The position numbers and the translations under genes are program-made. Under the pieces are notes generated by a model that worked only from the letters and a program-made list of their open reading frames with translations, did no database searches and was not told where the DNA came from. From Callorhinchus milii (taxonomy: Eukaryota): a stretch of DNA of 64,000 nt. Location of the stretch: the NCBI RefSeq assembly GCF_018977255.1, contig NW_024704743.1, forward strand, positions 82,214,001 to 82,278,000. Reading direction: 5' to 3'. Shown one piece after another: positions 12,701 through 25,190 of this stretch (its first letter is position 1; the number at the start of each line of letters is the position of its first letter).

Positions 12701-14204
12701 GAGTGAGGAATGCAAAAATGTCACATATTTAAAGGTATGATTGTTACTGAGATGAACTATTACAATTATAGTTCCAATAACTCTGTGTGATGGGATCTTC
12801 ACTAGCACATTCTTTGTATGGCACCCAAAGGTTCCCAGAGCTAATGGTTACATACAGTGTTATCTGGCAATCTCCGCTGTGCCATGCAGGAGAGAACCCA
12901 GCTCACTGTTTCAGTTCCAATGATGGCTCCTTCCCAATATTGTTCCCTGTTTGACCCCTTCAGATACAGATTGACTTGAGTTCCTCAATTTCCAGCATTT
13001 CTCTAATGTCAGATTTGCAGGATCTGCTCCGAAAGTGTAGGTTCCATTGGACTCGATTCCTCTTCCTTCCACTAGATGGAGTCAGGAGCAACGTTTCATA
13101 TTGAGAAGGATCTCAACACTGCAGGGCTGTTTGTAAAGCTGTAGCAAAGGGCTCAAAATGAAGGTTGCAGGATCAGAAGCAGACTAAGGTCAATGGTCTA
13201 CAGTTTATCTTTAGAAGCCAGTTACAAAAAAACAAGCATTCACTTGGATGCTACTCACAACAAAACACATAGTCAATTCACTTTACCGTATATATTCTGT
13301 GAAGCAGTTTGACGTGATAAGGCGTGATAAGGCGCTATATCAAATGCAAGGATTACTATTATAAAGTTGGGGCAGGTTTAAAGTCCCTAATTTTTAAACA
13401 AAATCTATTTTCAGTCAGTTCAGAGAATCCAAGATGATAGCTGAAGTAGACATCAAATCTATTTTTTACGATACAGCTCATTTTACAGAAATTTCAAAGT
13501 AGTGTGTCTAGTACCATTGTATTTACAGTATAAGCATTGCACCAGACCCACATTCCTTGCCAGCACTCAATGTTGGTTCTCTGAAGTGGCTGCTGTTTAT
13601 GTACCAGAATTTATGGTTTACAAGCCAAAAATTCCACAGAACAATAGATGATTAACGCAGCATTATAAATTCAGAACTAACCATCCAGAAATTAGCTCTG
13701 TACGTAGGGCGGAGCTCGTTGGCATTTTAGCAGAACCATTAGAGATGGTTGGCTGTGTTTTTACACTTTGTAACTTTGACGAGGAGGGGAAAAATACGTG
13801 ATATTTAACTGATCTTTCCTTCTACTGTTCACTGGCATTGATGTTGGTTGCACCTAGTATTTTATGTCTTTTTTTCCCTAACCCACAGTAATTCTATAAG
13901 GCAGCAAGCAAAGTCTTAATACAATTGCAGAAAAACTCATATAGCATCTCAAACCTGCTTGACTTGTGGGTTTAGTGTAATCAACCAAATGTAATGTGCC
14001 AAAGCCCTTTGCATGTCCCAAGGCCCTGTTGTCCCAGGGCACTTTGCATGGGTCTCAAGAGAAACAACCTCGTTCTGGAGGAGCTGATGAGATGCAGACT
14101 TAACATGTTAGGAGTTTGAATTTGTACCATGAATTGGAAATGTTTCAACTAACTAAACAATTTTCTGAAAGACTCACGCTGTGCTGACCTTTCTCAGGTC
14201 ACGA

Positions 14205-14410
14205 AAACTCTTAGCCTCAAAACCCTAGTCTTAAAATTTAGGATCAACCAGGATTCTTAAAATTCTTCAATTCAGTCTTAATTTAGAATCCAATTTTCCA
14301 TTTATAAAAGTACTTTTGAAAACTGGCTTCCAATTTAAGACTGAATTGAAGAAGTTTCAAAACTTTTGCATAATCTTACATTTTAAGATATTGGTGTTAC
14401 GGCTAAGCCC
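14205..14410. mobile_element. Palindromic (fold-back) MITE-like element
   Basis: ttcttcaattcagtcttaatttagaatccaattttc pairs with gaaaactggcttccaatttaagactgaattgaagaa; outer cttagcc..tcttaaaatttaggat pairs with atcttacattttaaga..ggctaag. Confidence 0.75.
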
Positions 14411-14669
14411 AGAAGCTCTCTCCCCTAACTCTCTCCTCCAATCCCTCCACCTTGCTCCCTCATTCCCATCATTTAGATCATGACTGGAGACCTTCCTCTT
14501 TACATCCATTACCTGTGAAGCACTTTGAGATCTTTCATTTTTATGGGCGCTATATCCAATGCAAGGATTATTATTTTACAATTATTTTTTGCTAAAAGCT
14601 CACATCGGCATCGACCACTCATATGTAAATGAGTAAATACCATGTGAGTGTGGTGTGGAGACATATGTG

Positions 14670-14870
14670 CCAAGAAGCCCAAAATTAAATTCTGTGCTGA
14701 GTTAGATGATGTCAGAGTGATAAGGAAAGAGGAAGGTGATGGCAGATCAGAGGTGTTTTCATTGACCTCAGTGTTCCTGGGCTAGGAATGCGAGAAATTA
14801 GTCAATGTTTCTGCTCCTGACTGTCAGTGGCCAGTGCTAGAAAGTGTACATGTGAGATGTCAGCAGTCAC
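14670..14870 (+). mobile_element. Ancient SINE-like repeat fragment (third family)
   Basis: tctgtgctgagttagatgat..ttcctgggctaggaa..gtcaatgtttctgctcctga..catgtg aligns with the reverse complement of 29300-29550. Confidence 0.55.
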
Positions 14871-14881
14871 TAACTGTAACT

Positions 14882-15080
14882 GGGTCTAGGCTTAGACCTT
14901 TTCCTTAGCATTTTACACCATACAAATTATGGACAATTCTTAAATTTTAATTTGTAGATAGTTTTCTATCGCAGATATTTGCAGTTCTGAAATAAATTAA
15001 CTTTAAATTTAAGGCTGAATTTGCATGTTCTATTAAAATGCTAAGGGAAAAATGTCAAAGTCTGGACCTGTCTGGAATTT
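14882..15080. mobile_element. Palindromic MITE-like element
   Basis: ggtctaggcttagac/gtcaaagtctggacc and ttttccttagcatttta/taaaatgctaagggaaaa inverted arms; internal aatttaaggctgaattt shared with other copies. Confidence 0.65.
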
Positions 15081-15139
15081 GTCTCACTAGGTGAGGCTTT
15101 GCTGCTAAGTCACATAGCTATATCCCACTTGCAACCTAA

Positions 15140-15400
15140 GTGTAGGTTCTCAGCTTCAAATTTCTCTACGGTCTCACCCAACCCTACCTCCCTTTGCTCA
15201 GTGAACACCAACCTACTTCACGTCCCCCACTCATCTCTATTTCACCATCAACAAGCTTTCAGCCATTCTGGCTCCCACTCTCTGGAACAATTTCCCTGAA
15301 TCCCTCTGACTTGCTCCCTCCCTTCTCTAATTCAAGATCCATCTCAAGACACACCGCTGACACAATTTAGGTCATCTTTCCCCTCCAGACCCCCTGTCTA
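15140..15400 (+). mobile_element. Old L2 3' fragment
   Basis: cttcacgtcccc...gctttcagccattctggctcccactctctggaac...ttcaagatccatctcaagac, homologous to 31380-31530. Confidence 0.6.
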
Positions 15401-15407
15401 TTTAGGT

Positions 15408-15765
15408 ATTAGCCTGGCTCAGTTGACAGCACTTAACTCTGAGTCAGAAGATTCTAGCCCCACATCAAGACTTTCAGTGCAGTACTTGGAAAGTTTCTGT
15501 CTGCCTGTTCAGGTGGATGTTAAAGATCCCATTGCACTGTTTGAAAAGAGAAAGTAGTTTCTTCCAGTGTCCTGACCAACAATCCCCCCATATAAAAAAC
15601 TGACCATTCACTTCACAGCTGTTTGTGGGACATAGTCGTGTGCAAGTTGCCTGCCACGTTCATCTACCAATGGGTAGTCACTACACTTTACAGAAAAAAT
15701 TCTATGAAGAGCTTTGAGACATTTTGACGTGATAAGGAACAATATCAACCACTGTTATTATTATC
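15408..15765 (+). mobile_element. DeuSINE-like SINE (internally deleted)
   Basis: agcctggctcagttg..ctctgagtcagaag head; gtctgcctgttcaggtggatgttaaagatcccattgcact body; tail. Confidence 0.85.
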
Positions 15766-16187
15766 TATAGGGAATGCAGAAGAAGAAAGCAATTCAGCTG
15801 GACCTGGCAAGGCTCCTCGCTGACTGCCAGATTCCAGATTTGAATAATAATCCTGTTCATAGAGTAGCCAAAGTTGTATTCAAGGTGGCTTATTGGATTT
15901 CTGGACAGCATCCTGGACTGAGTTTAAAAGCTTCAGTTTGGCCCAGTCTCTCTACACAGACTGGAGGTCAGCCAATCTGTTGATTTTAGGCTTAAGCAGG
16001 AACAAAACGCTATTAAAGACATTGGCTTTGGCTCTAATTTATAAGCTTCAAACTCTCCAATTATTCATCATTTGTTATAGTCTATTTACCATGGGTAAGG
16101 TTGTCTGCCCAAGCAGGTAATGGAGAAATACCAGTCTCCTTAGGAGACTGTTAGAACCAAATCACAATATCTAGCTGTGCTCTATAA

Positions 16188-16457
16188 GGACCCCAAAATT
16201 CACCCAGCCTTAACCTATCTTTTTAATCATTTTGTTTTAAAAATTAAGACTGCACAAAATTATGGAAAATTCTTAACAAAATTACATTTGTATAGCACCT
16301 TTCACGTCAGGAGGACTTAAATTCAGTCTTACTTTAGAAGTTAGTTTTCCATAGGTCTCTAAATTAAAAACAGGTTAAAGAACTTTCTGCATTTTTTCAA
16401 GATCTTAAATTTTAAGGCCAGATGGTCTGCAAGACTAGGTGGAATATTTAAAAGTCC
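16188..16457. mobile_element. Palindromic MITE-like copy interrupted by a ~40-bp L2-type tail (16277-16316, - strand)
   Basis: aaattcagtcttactttagaag..tcttaaattttaagg..ctaggtggaata family motifs; the insert acatttgtatagcacctttcacgtcaggagga is flanked by cttaa on both sides. Confidence 0.6.
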
Positions 16458-16769
16458 ATCTGCCGTTTTTTCACTTGCTCTGCCTATCAGTTCTGCAGTA
16501 TAAAATACCTCATCTATCCTGGTGTGCTGCTTTGCTTTGTGGCCTGTTAGCCTGAAATCTTATTTTGTGAATTTTCTTTGGAAAGTTTCTTTTGGGATTT
16601 CAGTGTGTGCCAGAATCAGCTTACACTTTTTTTTACACAAATGTGGGATGCTATTTCTCAGCTTCCCCTTGTGTGAATTCTGCCAGCAATTTCAGGCCAA
16701 TGAGTCAAACTGCAAAAGACAACAATGGGATCAAATTTGCAGGTTGTGGTAACCACATGGAAACATAGA

Positions 16770-17410
16770 TATATAATAATATAATAATAAAATAATAATA
16801 ATCCTTGCACTTGGTATAGAGCCTTATCACATCATCAAGACATTTCAAAGAGCATCACAGAATTTCCTGTAAAGTGTTGTGACTGTGTGTATTGTGTGGG
16901 CAAACACAAGAGGCTATTTTGTGCACTGCCATGTCCCAGAAACAGCCAATAGTGAGTGACTAATTTTTTTCGGGGATTGTTGATCAGGACATTGGGAGAA
17001 ATTCCCTTCTGTTTTCACATAGTGTAATTGGATCTTTAATATCCACCTGAACATGCAGATAGGATCTTGGTTTAATGTCTTATCTGAAGAATGGCATCTC
17101 TGATAATGCAGCACTCCTCCATTACTGTACTGAAGTATCAGCTAAGATTATAATAATAATAAATGTTGCATTTGATATAGTGCTTTTCACATTTTCTAGA
17201 CGTCTCAAAGCGCTTCACAGAATATACTGTAAAGTGTATTGACTGTATATTTGTGGGCAAAACACGGCAGCCAATTGCGCACAGCAGTGTCGCACAAACA
17301 GTCCTGGATTGAAGTGACCAATTTATTATTTTTTTAACTCCAAATCCCGATATGGGGCTTGAACTTACAACCTTCTGACTCAGAGTTTAGAATGCTACCA
17401 AATAAGCTTA
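16770..17410 (-). mobile_element. DeuSINE-like SINE interrupted by a younger SINE 3' half (about 17150-17335)
   Basis: Old body 16770-17150 resumes at about 17338 with head ggggcttgaacttacaaccttctgactcagag. Confidence 0.85.
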
Positions 17411-17808
17411 CCATGGATGAGCTGCAAGCAATGGTGAAACGAACTAGAGCTCTTCAGTCTTGCAAAGAGGCATTTCAGAGAAGACCTTACAGAGGTGTAT
17501 AGGTTTTAAATGAGATTGAGGAAGTAACTCAGAATAATACATTTGGTTATACTAAGACTGTAGAAACAAGAGGACATAAGTTTAGGGCAATTTCAGGACA
17601 GACACCAGGAAGTACCTATTTACCTGGTGGGTAATTAATGGACTGGAACACAATACCAGGAAGGATGATTTAGTTGAAGACACTTGACTCATGTTAAAAA
17701 AAAGTGCTACTCTGATAGGAGGATAGTGGGGTAGGTATTCTGGAAGGATGAGATCAAAAAGGCTGTAAGACTTCCTTCATTCAAAAACAAATCTTGTGAT
17801 CTTGTGAA
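17410..17808 (+). mobile_element. CR1 LINE 3' fragment
   Basis: gaactagagctcttcagtcttgcaaagagg..acaagaggacataag..gacagacaccaggaag..; paralogous to 3920-4298. Confidence 0.8.
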
Positions 17809-17927
17809 GTGACTCCACACATCTTGATGAAAACTCTTGACCTGTGCTGGAGAACCAAATATCCTTTCCACGAATTCACCTATTAGGCCAATTGTGGCCA
17901 ACTGTGGTTGTTACGGTGGTAACAACA

Positions 17928-18150
17928 ATGTTAAAGATCCCATACTACTATTTCAAAAGAGAAGGAAGTTTCTCCTGGTTTCCTGGCAATGATTCTCCAG
18001 ATAAATTTGGTAATTCACTTCATGGCTGTTTGTGGGACATTGATGTGTGCAAATTGGCTGCTGCACTCGCCAACAAATACGGTGCTTACACATTACAGCA
18101 AAACCCTGTATTTTGATGACATGATAAGACCCCTTATGCACAGATTATTA
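17928..18150 (+). mobile_element. DeuSINE-like SINE 3' half
   Basis: gttaaagatcccatactactatttcaaaagagaagg..ggctgtttgtgggacattgatgtgtgcaaattggctgc. Confidence 0.8.
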
Positions 18151-18997
18151 GCATTCGTCTAACACTGGGGACCTTCCTTGTTTCTCTACCCTACACTGCT
18201 TCTAAGCCCCCTAATGTTGCAGTGATCAGAACTGTATGCTGTATTCCAGGACCTGCCTGACCAGAGCCCTCTACAGCCTGAGTATGATTTTTGGAGACCT
18301 GAACTAAACTGAATTGGCAATAAATAAATCCTTTATTTATTTCTGCCTCACCCTGTTTTGACATGGTAAGTAAGGAGTCAACCAACACCATTAGATCTCT
18401 TTCAGCTTCCCCCTTGGCATGTGTTGGACCTGTAGAACCACATTGAATATAGGCAGCACCTTGTAGGTGAAGAACACAAGGATTATATGGGTTCCTACTT
18501 TCCTACTTATTCCTACTTTCTTCAGGGAACATCTTTGCTGAATCAATATTCCCCAACTCATCTGTCAGATCTCTGGTGATTGGAGCAGTTCTTTTCCCCC
18601 AGCTACTCCTGTGCCAATTCCTAGAACTGAAAACGACAATCGTATCATAACCCTAACTTTCCCAACAACCTTGAGCTGTTGGCCGCTTACTAAAATGGCA
18701 CTTGAAATGGGCATGCTTCTGTTGAAGATGCAGGGGAATAGCAGGTAAGTTCTCCAGCCAGCTTGGAGGAAGCTATACAGTGCACACCTTTATATTCTTG
18801 GCAGAGGTCCACACAACCCTGTCCCACCTTTTTCATTGCAAACTACAATCTGAAGCTGGCCAAGAATATAAACAAACTCAAATGACCATCTGTTCCTGGC
18901 TAATGTCCCTTCAGTTTAAGTTGCAATTAGCTTCACAATTCAATGACTTGAAAAATATGTGAACATCGCTGTATGACCCTGGTAGAATGCATGCAAT

Positions 18998-19140
18998 ACA
19001 TAGAAACACAGAAACAGAAGAAGGCCATTCAGCCCTCGAGCCTGTTCCACCATTCTGTAAGATCGTGGATGATCTGTACTTCAACTCCAATTATCCACCC
19101 TTGCCCCTGATCCCTTGATACACTGACCTAAAAACGTTAT
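18998..19140 (-). mobile_element. CR1 LINE 3' end
   Basis: catagaaac..aggccattcagccctcgagcctgttccaccattc..aagatc, matching 33934-34050. Confidence 0.75.
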
Positions 19141-20802
19141 CCTATGACAGGGGTAAGAAGTTATCGATGAGATGTTATCTAATGATCGGGGTCTCCAACC
19201 AGTCCTACATGAAAAACATGATATAAATGCACAATGGTGTTGTTGTTGCTCCAGTCCTTGTAGGTTGGGACTTTCACTAATTTTCATATGCCAACAGAGG
19301 TTAGGAACATGTCAGTGAGGAATCTGTGGCATGAAATATTTTTGTCTGACTGTACCAGCCAAACACTATGCTTGAGGCCCAGAAGATTGTCATTAATGGG
19401 GGAAGGGATTGGATTGTATAAATGGTATTATGGATACAGTTGTCAAGATCATAGCTATTAAAAAATAGTTGGTGCAATAATGGTCCTATAAATCTATGCT
19501 CACCTCACCATCCCACACACACAAGCTCCATTGACAGTCAGTCCCAAAGCTTACTTTTACTAAGCAAAGCTAAAATAAAACTGAACTCTGAAATTAGAAG
19601 TGAACTAAACCAGTGTTGGCTAACCTTTATGAAGAATGAAGAAACATTCAATGAAGAAAAATGTATTTGGTTATCCAACCAAAAAGGTTGTCCACCACTG
19701 AACTAAACAGAATAACAGAAATATATCTATATTCAGATCTAAATGTAATTTTATTGATTGCTTTTTTGTCCTTCCTTTGCACAGTAAATATTGTAGATAT
19801 GGGACTCTCTTTTTCCTGGAAACATCAATGTGAGGAAAGTTACAGAATGAGAAATGTTTTTAATATACAGGTACATGTTATTGCTGGGATGACTGGGTCG
19901 ACAGGAGTTAATGGAGAAAATCTGTCTTCCATATTGTGCCAAGCTACAGCAAAACATAGGTTTGGACTCATTTCTTCTCACTGGTGGTGTTTGATAAATG
20001 AACTTTGCTGATTGAACAATGGTAAACTCAAAAATACTCCTTGCAAGAAAAACATTCACTATTAGCAGTCAATAAATAAAAGATTTCCTGCACTGAACAA
20101 TTTTGTTTACTACAATATTGATATGAAAGAAAAACCAGTACCAGAGAGATTTGTAGGTGAGTTTTGATCTGCTGAGGTATATGTCAACTCTTAATAGTCG
20201 TCCTATTTGTTGTAAGAATGATGTTAAACAAAATCTATAAAGGTGCTGATTTTATCATCGTAGGCACTTTATCTTCTGACTCCTCATGTTCTGAGCTCCA
20301 TGGATTACACAGTGAATCCAATGGTATTGGTTCCGGCTCCTCAGTGAGCAGCACAGAGTTGCTGAGTTTGGCAGAGAAACAGTGTCAGCAAGCAAACAGC
20401 TGAGGCACTGGATCTCGACATTTGGAGGAGATGAACGGGCAGCACATATGGCACAGGCACCACAGGGGCTGCACCTGGCACATGAAAAGTACACAGAGGA
20501 AATGAAAGGGCAGTACTCTTACTGCAAAATGTAGAACTCCTAATCGAGAGCCACTGAAATACACTGCGACCACACAAGATTTCCAGTGACACACTAGAGT
20601 TAAAAACATGGCATTTGCGACCTGAATTCACAAACGCTTTATAAATGTTGTTTACTCCCGGTAACCGAATGTGGGTCACGATGATCCGCAAGGAAAGAGA
20701 TAGATAGGATTGGAGCATAGCTCCCACAGGCCACCATGACACACATCCAGCTACAAGCAACACTCAACATTTCTGAATCCTGTTGTGAACAGTTTCAACA
20801 TC

Positions 20803-21510
20803 AAAGGCCTGAAATTCTGCCTGGGTTTAGCCAACATCATCTTAAATCTTAAAATTTAACATCGCACGGAATTGTGGTAAATTCTTAAACTCTAAAGGGC
20901 TGTTGAAAATTGGCTTTCAAACTGAGACTGGATTTAAGAATATTCCATGAATGTAAGCAAATATTTCACCCACAAATATACAGTCAATTCACTTTACAGC
21001 ATATTCTGTAAAGCGCTTTGAGATATCTAAAAGCACTGTATCAATTGCAAGGATTATTGTTTATAAATTCAGCCTTAATTCAGATTTCCACGTTCTTAAA
21101 AAGATCCGGCTTTCAAATTAAGGCTGAATGTAAGAATTTTCTATAAATGTATAAGGCTAAAATTAATTGGAATTTTGGACTTCAACTACACCTGAGTCCA
21201 GTACAGTTCAGACCAAACACAGAGAAAACTCTGTATGCTCTTCCCTCAACCGTAACCTCAAAAGAGCTACCTGACTGAACCAGTTTGATTCCCTCCAACC
21301 CCACCACTTACCAAAACAGACATTCTTTGTCCTGTCAAAGTGACAGTCATAGTTTGTTTTTTCCTGAGGAGATTGGTTCTTTTTAAAGGCTGTTGAATAT
21401 TGGCTTCCAAACTGAGACTGGATTTAAGAATATTCCATGAATCCGAGCAATCTTAAAATTTTAAGGCAAAAGCCGTCTTACAGCGAAAACTATGTTGAAT
21501 GTTAAGCCTT
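20803..21510. mobile_element. Cluster of palindromic MITE-like pieces with a SINE tail inserted (about 20965-21060)
   Basis: aggcctgaaattc terminus; perfect 14-bp inverted repeat attcagccttaatt/aattaaggctgaat; duplicated 60-bp segment. Confidence 0.6.
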
Positions 21511-22234
21511 TTGTTTCAAGAAAAGTACATTTTATCTGACAAGCAACAAAGAGGCACTCCTTTGTGGAAAAGTGTTTGACATGCCTTTTTCCACTTATTT
21601 AACTAATATATAATAATGGTTCTGAGTACAAAGCAGTGTTTCATGTACTTGTTCAGCTAGAACCATCCAACCCATTCGGGCTTTGGCTCGCAGGACTGAG
21701 GATATATTCCAATATCATTGATAAACCAGACAGGCTGGTCAATCATCAAAAAATGCCTTGAATTACTGTGGAGTTGGGTGGCTTGCTCAGATGTATCCCC
21801 TCAAAGCCAATTGAACCCAAGAGAGACTGAGCCTCTTTAAAAGAATTCCTGGGAGTAATTTATTGAACAAGCAGCAATATATGAACTAGCAGATATATAA
21901 ATATTCATTCCCTGCAGCGATTTGGTGGTTTGGAAGAGCCTTATTCACTGAGAATGGATTTATTCTTTTATTTATTTAGTGTTGTGCAAGACAGTTTGTA
22001 CTGTCATTTGGGACGGATAATTCCAGGTTTTATTCTTTCCTGTGCGGGTGCTTTCGTGAACAATGTCTGGACTCTTTCTTGGGGAATAGTTTCTTTGGCG
22101 ACTAAAGTTGTTGTTGTTATTGTTTTACCTGGGGAAGCGGGAATCAGACTGATGTATAAAGTAGCTCATGATACGTGAAAATGATGGAGTGACCACGAGA
22201 ACACAATATTCACTCAGACAGGTTAAAATTCCAA

Positions 22235-22460
22235 CATAGGAAACCAAAAAATGGAGGAGGCCATTCACCCATCAAGTCTATTCCACCTGATTATCTGATA
22301 TTGGCAAATCTTTTAATCTCAAGGCCCTGCCCTTTCACTGTACCTTTTAATAACTCTGCTTCCCAAGTATCTGTCTATATCTCTTTTAAACATCCATATT
22401 GATTCCATTTCCACAGCTTTCTGGGACAGACCATTCCACACCTTCACACCCTCTGTTGTA
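22235..22460 (-). mobile_element. CR1 LINE 3' end
   Basis: acataggaa..ggaggaggccattcacccatcaagtct..ccaagtatctgtcta..ccattccacaccttcac, matching 53000-53250. Confidence 0.7.
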
Positions 22461-22674
22461 TACATTTAGCACATCAGAGATGACGGCTACTATTGGGATT
22501 TTCCCAGTATAAACACAAATCACCAAATGTGCTACATATGCCGGGTGGAATTTCAAACTAAGGATTCATAAATATTCCCTGTAATCGGAAGCTTATGGGT
22601 TCAATCCCCGTAAACCAATCTGGTGGACAAGTCCCTTAGTCTACCCTGGAGTGTCATTTGGATAAGAGCTCATA

Positions 22675-23105
22675 GACAGGCCTGACACACCAGTGAAGTA
22701 CAGAGGGTGTATAGTCAGACGCCATCATTCGAATGAGATATCAAAACTTAGATGCTTGTTCTTGAGATAAATGCAAAAGATCCCATGACACCACTGAAAA
22801 ATAGAAAGGAATTTTTACCAGTGTCCTGGTCAAAACATCTCCAGATAAATTGGTCATTCACTTCATGTCTGTTTCTTGGAACTCACTGGTGCAATAGCTA
22901 CCGCGTTCGCCTACAAAAAGTCAATAAAGTCAATATTGGTCACTCACTTCATGGTTGTAAAGTGGGACATTGCTGTATGCAAATTGATTGCCGCACAAAG
23001 TCACCACACTTTGCAACATATCCTGTGACGTGCTTTGGGTTGGCTTTCCAACATGAAAGGTGCTATACCAAATGTAAAGATTATTATTATAATTGTTATT
23101 ATTAC
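22675..23105 (+). mobile_element. DeuSINE-like SINE with internal duplication
   Basis: ctgacacaccagtg..aaagatcccatgacac body; attggtca(t/c)tcacttcatg occurs twice; tail. Confidence 0.75.
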
Positions 23106-23744
23106 AACACTTGATTGCAATTGCACATGAAGCAGTTTAAGATGTTTCAATAAGTTAGGCACTATAAAAATATATGTTCTTTCTATGCATATTAAACAAA
23201 TGTGAATTAATCATTTTGTCTTTCACTTGGATGAATTATTGATTCTTTGGGTGGTAAAATTACTAATCTTACCCATGAAATAAACACAAAATAAAGCAAT
23301 AAATTAATAAAGTAAACAGGCTGATTAGGGACAGCTTACACTAAAACCTGTGGCCTAGCCTCAACCTAGTAACTGCTGCAGCTGAAGTCAAAGCATTTAA
23401 ATTGTACAATAACATACAGTCCGTGTGTTTTTGAACCATGAACACAGCATAATAGATCCAATTTAAGTTTATTTTAATCATTCGTTGTATTTGTTGTGCT
23501 GTATCTGAAATCTGAAATTCGTAAAATGTGTTCCGTTTTTGGCAGGACAATAGTGAGAGATATATTTTGTTTTATTTGTACCATATGTTTAAAATATTGC
23601 TTTTTTAAATTGTCTTTTGTTTACCCAGGTTTCATTAAGTTTTGAATTTATTTTAAAAAGAGACTGTAAGGAGTGCCAGGAACACTTCACAATTCAGAAT
23701 CCACACATGACTGTTGCCTCTCCAGGGTTCACTCACAGCCATTT

Positions 23745-23910
23745 AAAACTGACCATTCACTTCACGGCTGTTTGTGGGATACTGCTGCGAGCAAACTAGC
23801 TGCTGCATTCTGCCTACAAAATTTACTTTACAATAAATCCTGTGAAGCGCTTTAAGACATCCTCCGACATGAAAGCCCCTATATCAATTGCAAGAATTCA
23901 TTATTATTTT
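23745..23910 (+). mobile_element. SINE 3' fragment
   Basis: cattcacttcacggctgtttgtggga..gaagcgctttaagacatcctccgacatgaaag. Confidence 0.8.
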
Positions 23911-24119
23911 AAAATAACTCCTACACCAAGATTCATATCAGAGCCAAACACACAGCTTGCTTTAGCAGTGGGTCAAAGATCTGATTCAAACCTTTTTCCT
24001 CTGCGACTTGATTTAAATACATTCAAAAAGGTCAAACAATCTGCTGAAAATCAGCTTGAAGGACATGAAGGACACCTAGGGATATGTTACCTACCATGTC
24101 CAAACAATATGAGGCGGCA

Positions 24120-25190
24120 GTAAACAATGCCAACAGGATGTCGTGCTACATTGCCAAACACATCCCCAGAAATCATGCTCAAGTTGTACAGTACTCAGGT
24201 TACGGCACAGCTGGAGGTTTACATACAGTTCTGGTCACCGTGACATAAGTGAGCTGCCCAGGCTCAAGAGGCAGTGTAGAAGAGAGCAATGAAGCTGATC
24301 CCTAGTACAAGTGGGATGAGCTCTGAGGAATGACTGGATAAGCTCAGGTTCTTCAGCTACGAAAACAAACAGAGGAGCTCTTAGAGAAGTATATTACATG
24401 CTAAATCAGATAAGAGAAAATAAACCCAGGACAATACTTTCAAATATGCCTAGGGAGCGAGACAAGGGGGCACAAGTTCAGGGTTGTGAAGTTGGTAAAT
24501 TTAGGACACAAACAGCTGGAATGGGTTATTAGCTGAAGCTGGGCCATTGGATTAATACAAGTAACAGTTTGATGCTGTAATGGGTAGATGATAATGAGTG
24601 TTCAAAACAGATAAACTCAAATCAGATGTGATCAGAAAACATTTGTTTACACACAGAGCTGTGAAAATGTAGAAAACACAGCCCCAGAAGGCCGTAGAGG
24701 CAGGATCGATTAGGATGTTTTGAAGGGAGCAATACATAGATACCAGAGAAACAAGTGCAGTTAATAATAATAATAATAATAATCCTTGCATTTGATATAG
24801 CGCTTTTCATGTCGGGAGGACGTCCCAAAGCGCTTCACAGAACACACTGTAAAGTGAATTGACTGTATATTTGTGGGGGAACGCGGCAGCCAATTGCGCA
24901 CAGCAATGTCCCACAAACAGTCGTAGATTGAAAATGAACAATTTATTATTGTTTTTGGTTTTGGAGGGATTATTATTAGGCTCTGTGTGGAGTAAGGAAA
25001 CTTGCCCAAGGTTTCGCCCTGTCTGGAATTGAACTCAGGTCTCTCACTTGCAAAGCGAGTGCTCTAACCACTGAGCTACAGGACAGGGAGAAAAGGCAGG
25101 GGAATGAGATTAGAAGATTTGTCATAATCTAATTAACTGTCTGAACAAGTTCAATAAATTGATTGTTTTTCTCCTGTTCCTGTGTTCTTC
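24120..25190 (+). mobile_element. Degenerate CR1 LINE, interrupted by the young SINE at 24762-25084
   Basis: gccaacaggatg..aagttgtacag..cagttctggtcacc..gacaagggggcacaagttc; the CR1 3'UTR resumes after the SINE (ggagaaaaggcaggggaatg...ctcctgttcctgtgttc). Confidence 0.7.
24762..25084 (-). mobile_element. Young tRNA(Ala)-like SINE, short subfamily
   Basis: Near-identical to 9512-9832, lacking only a few 5' bases. Confidence 0.95.

Noticed and set aside
20235..20609. Cys-rich - strand frame with in-frame TGA as a selenoprotein P-like exon
   Set aside because: Only one TGA, no convincing similarity to selenoprotein P, and no SECIS recognised.
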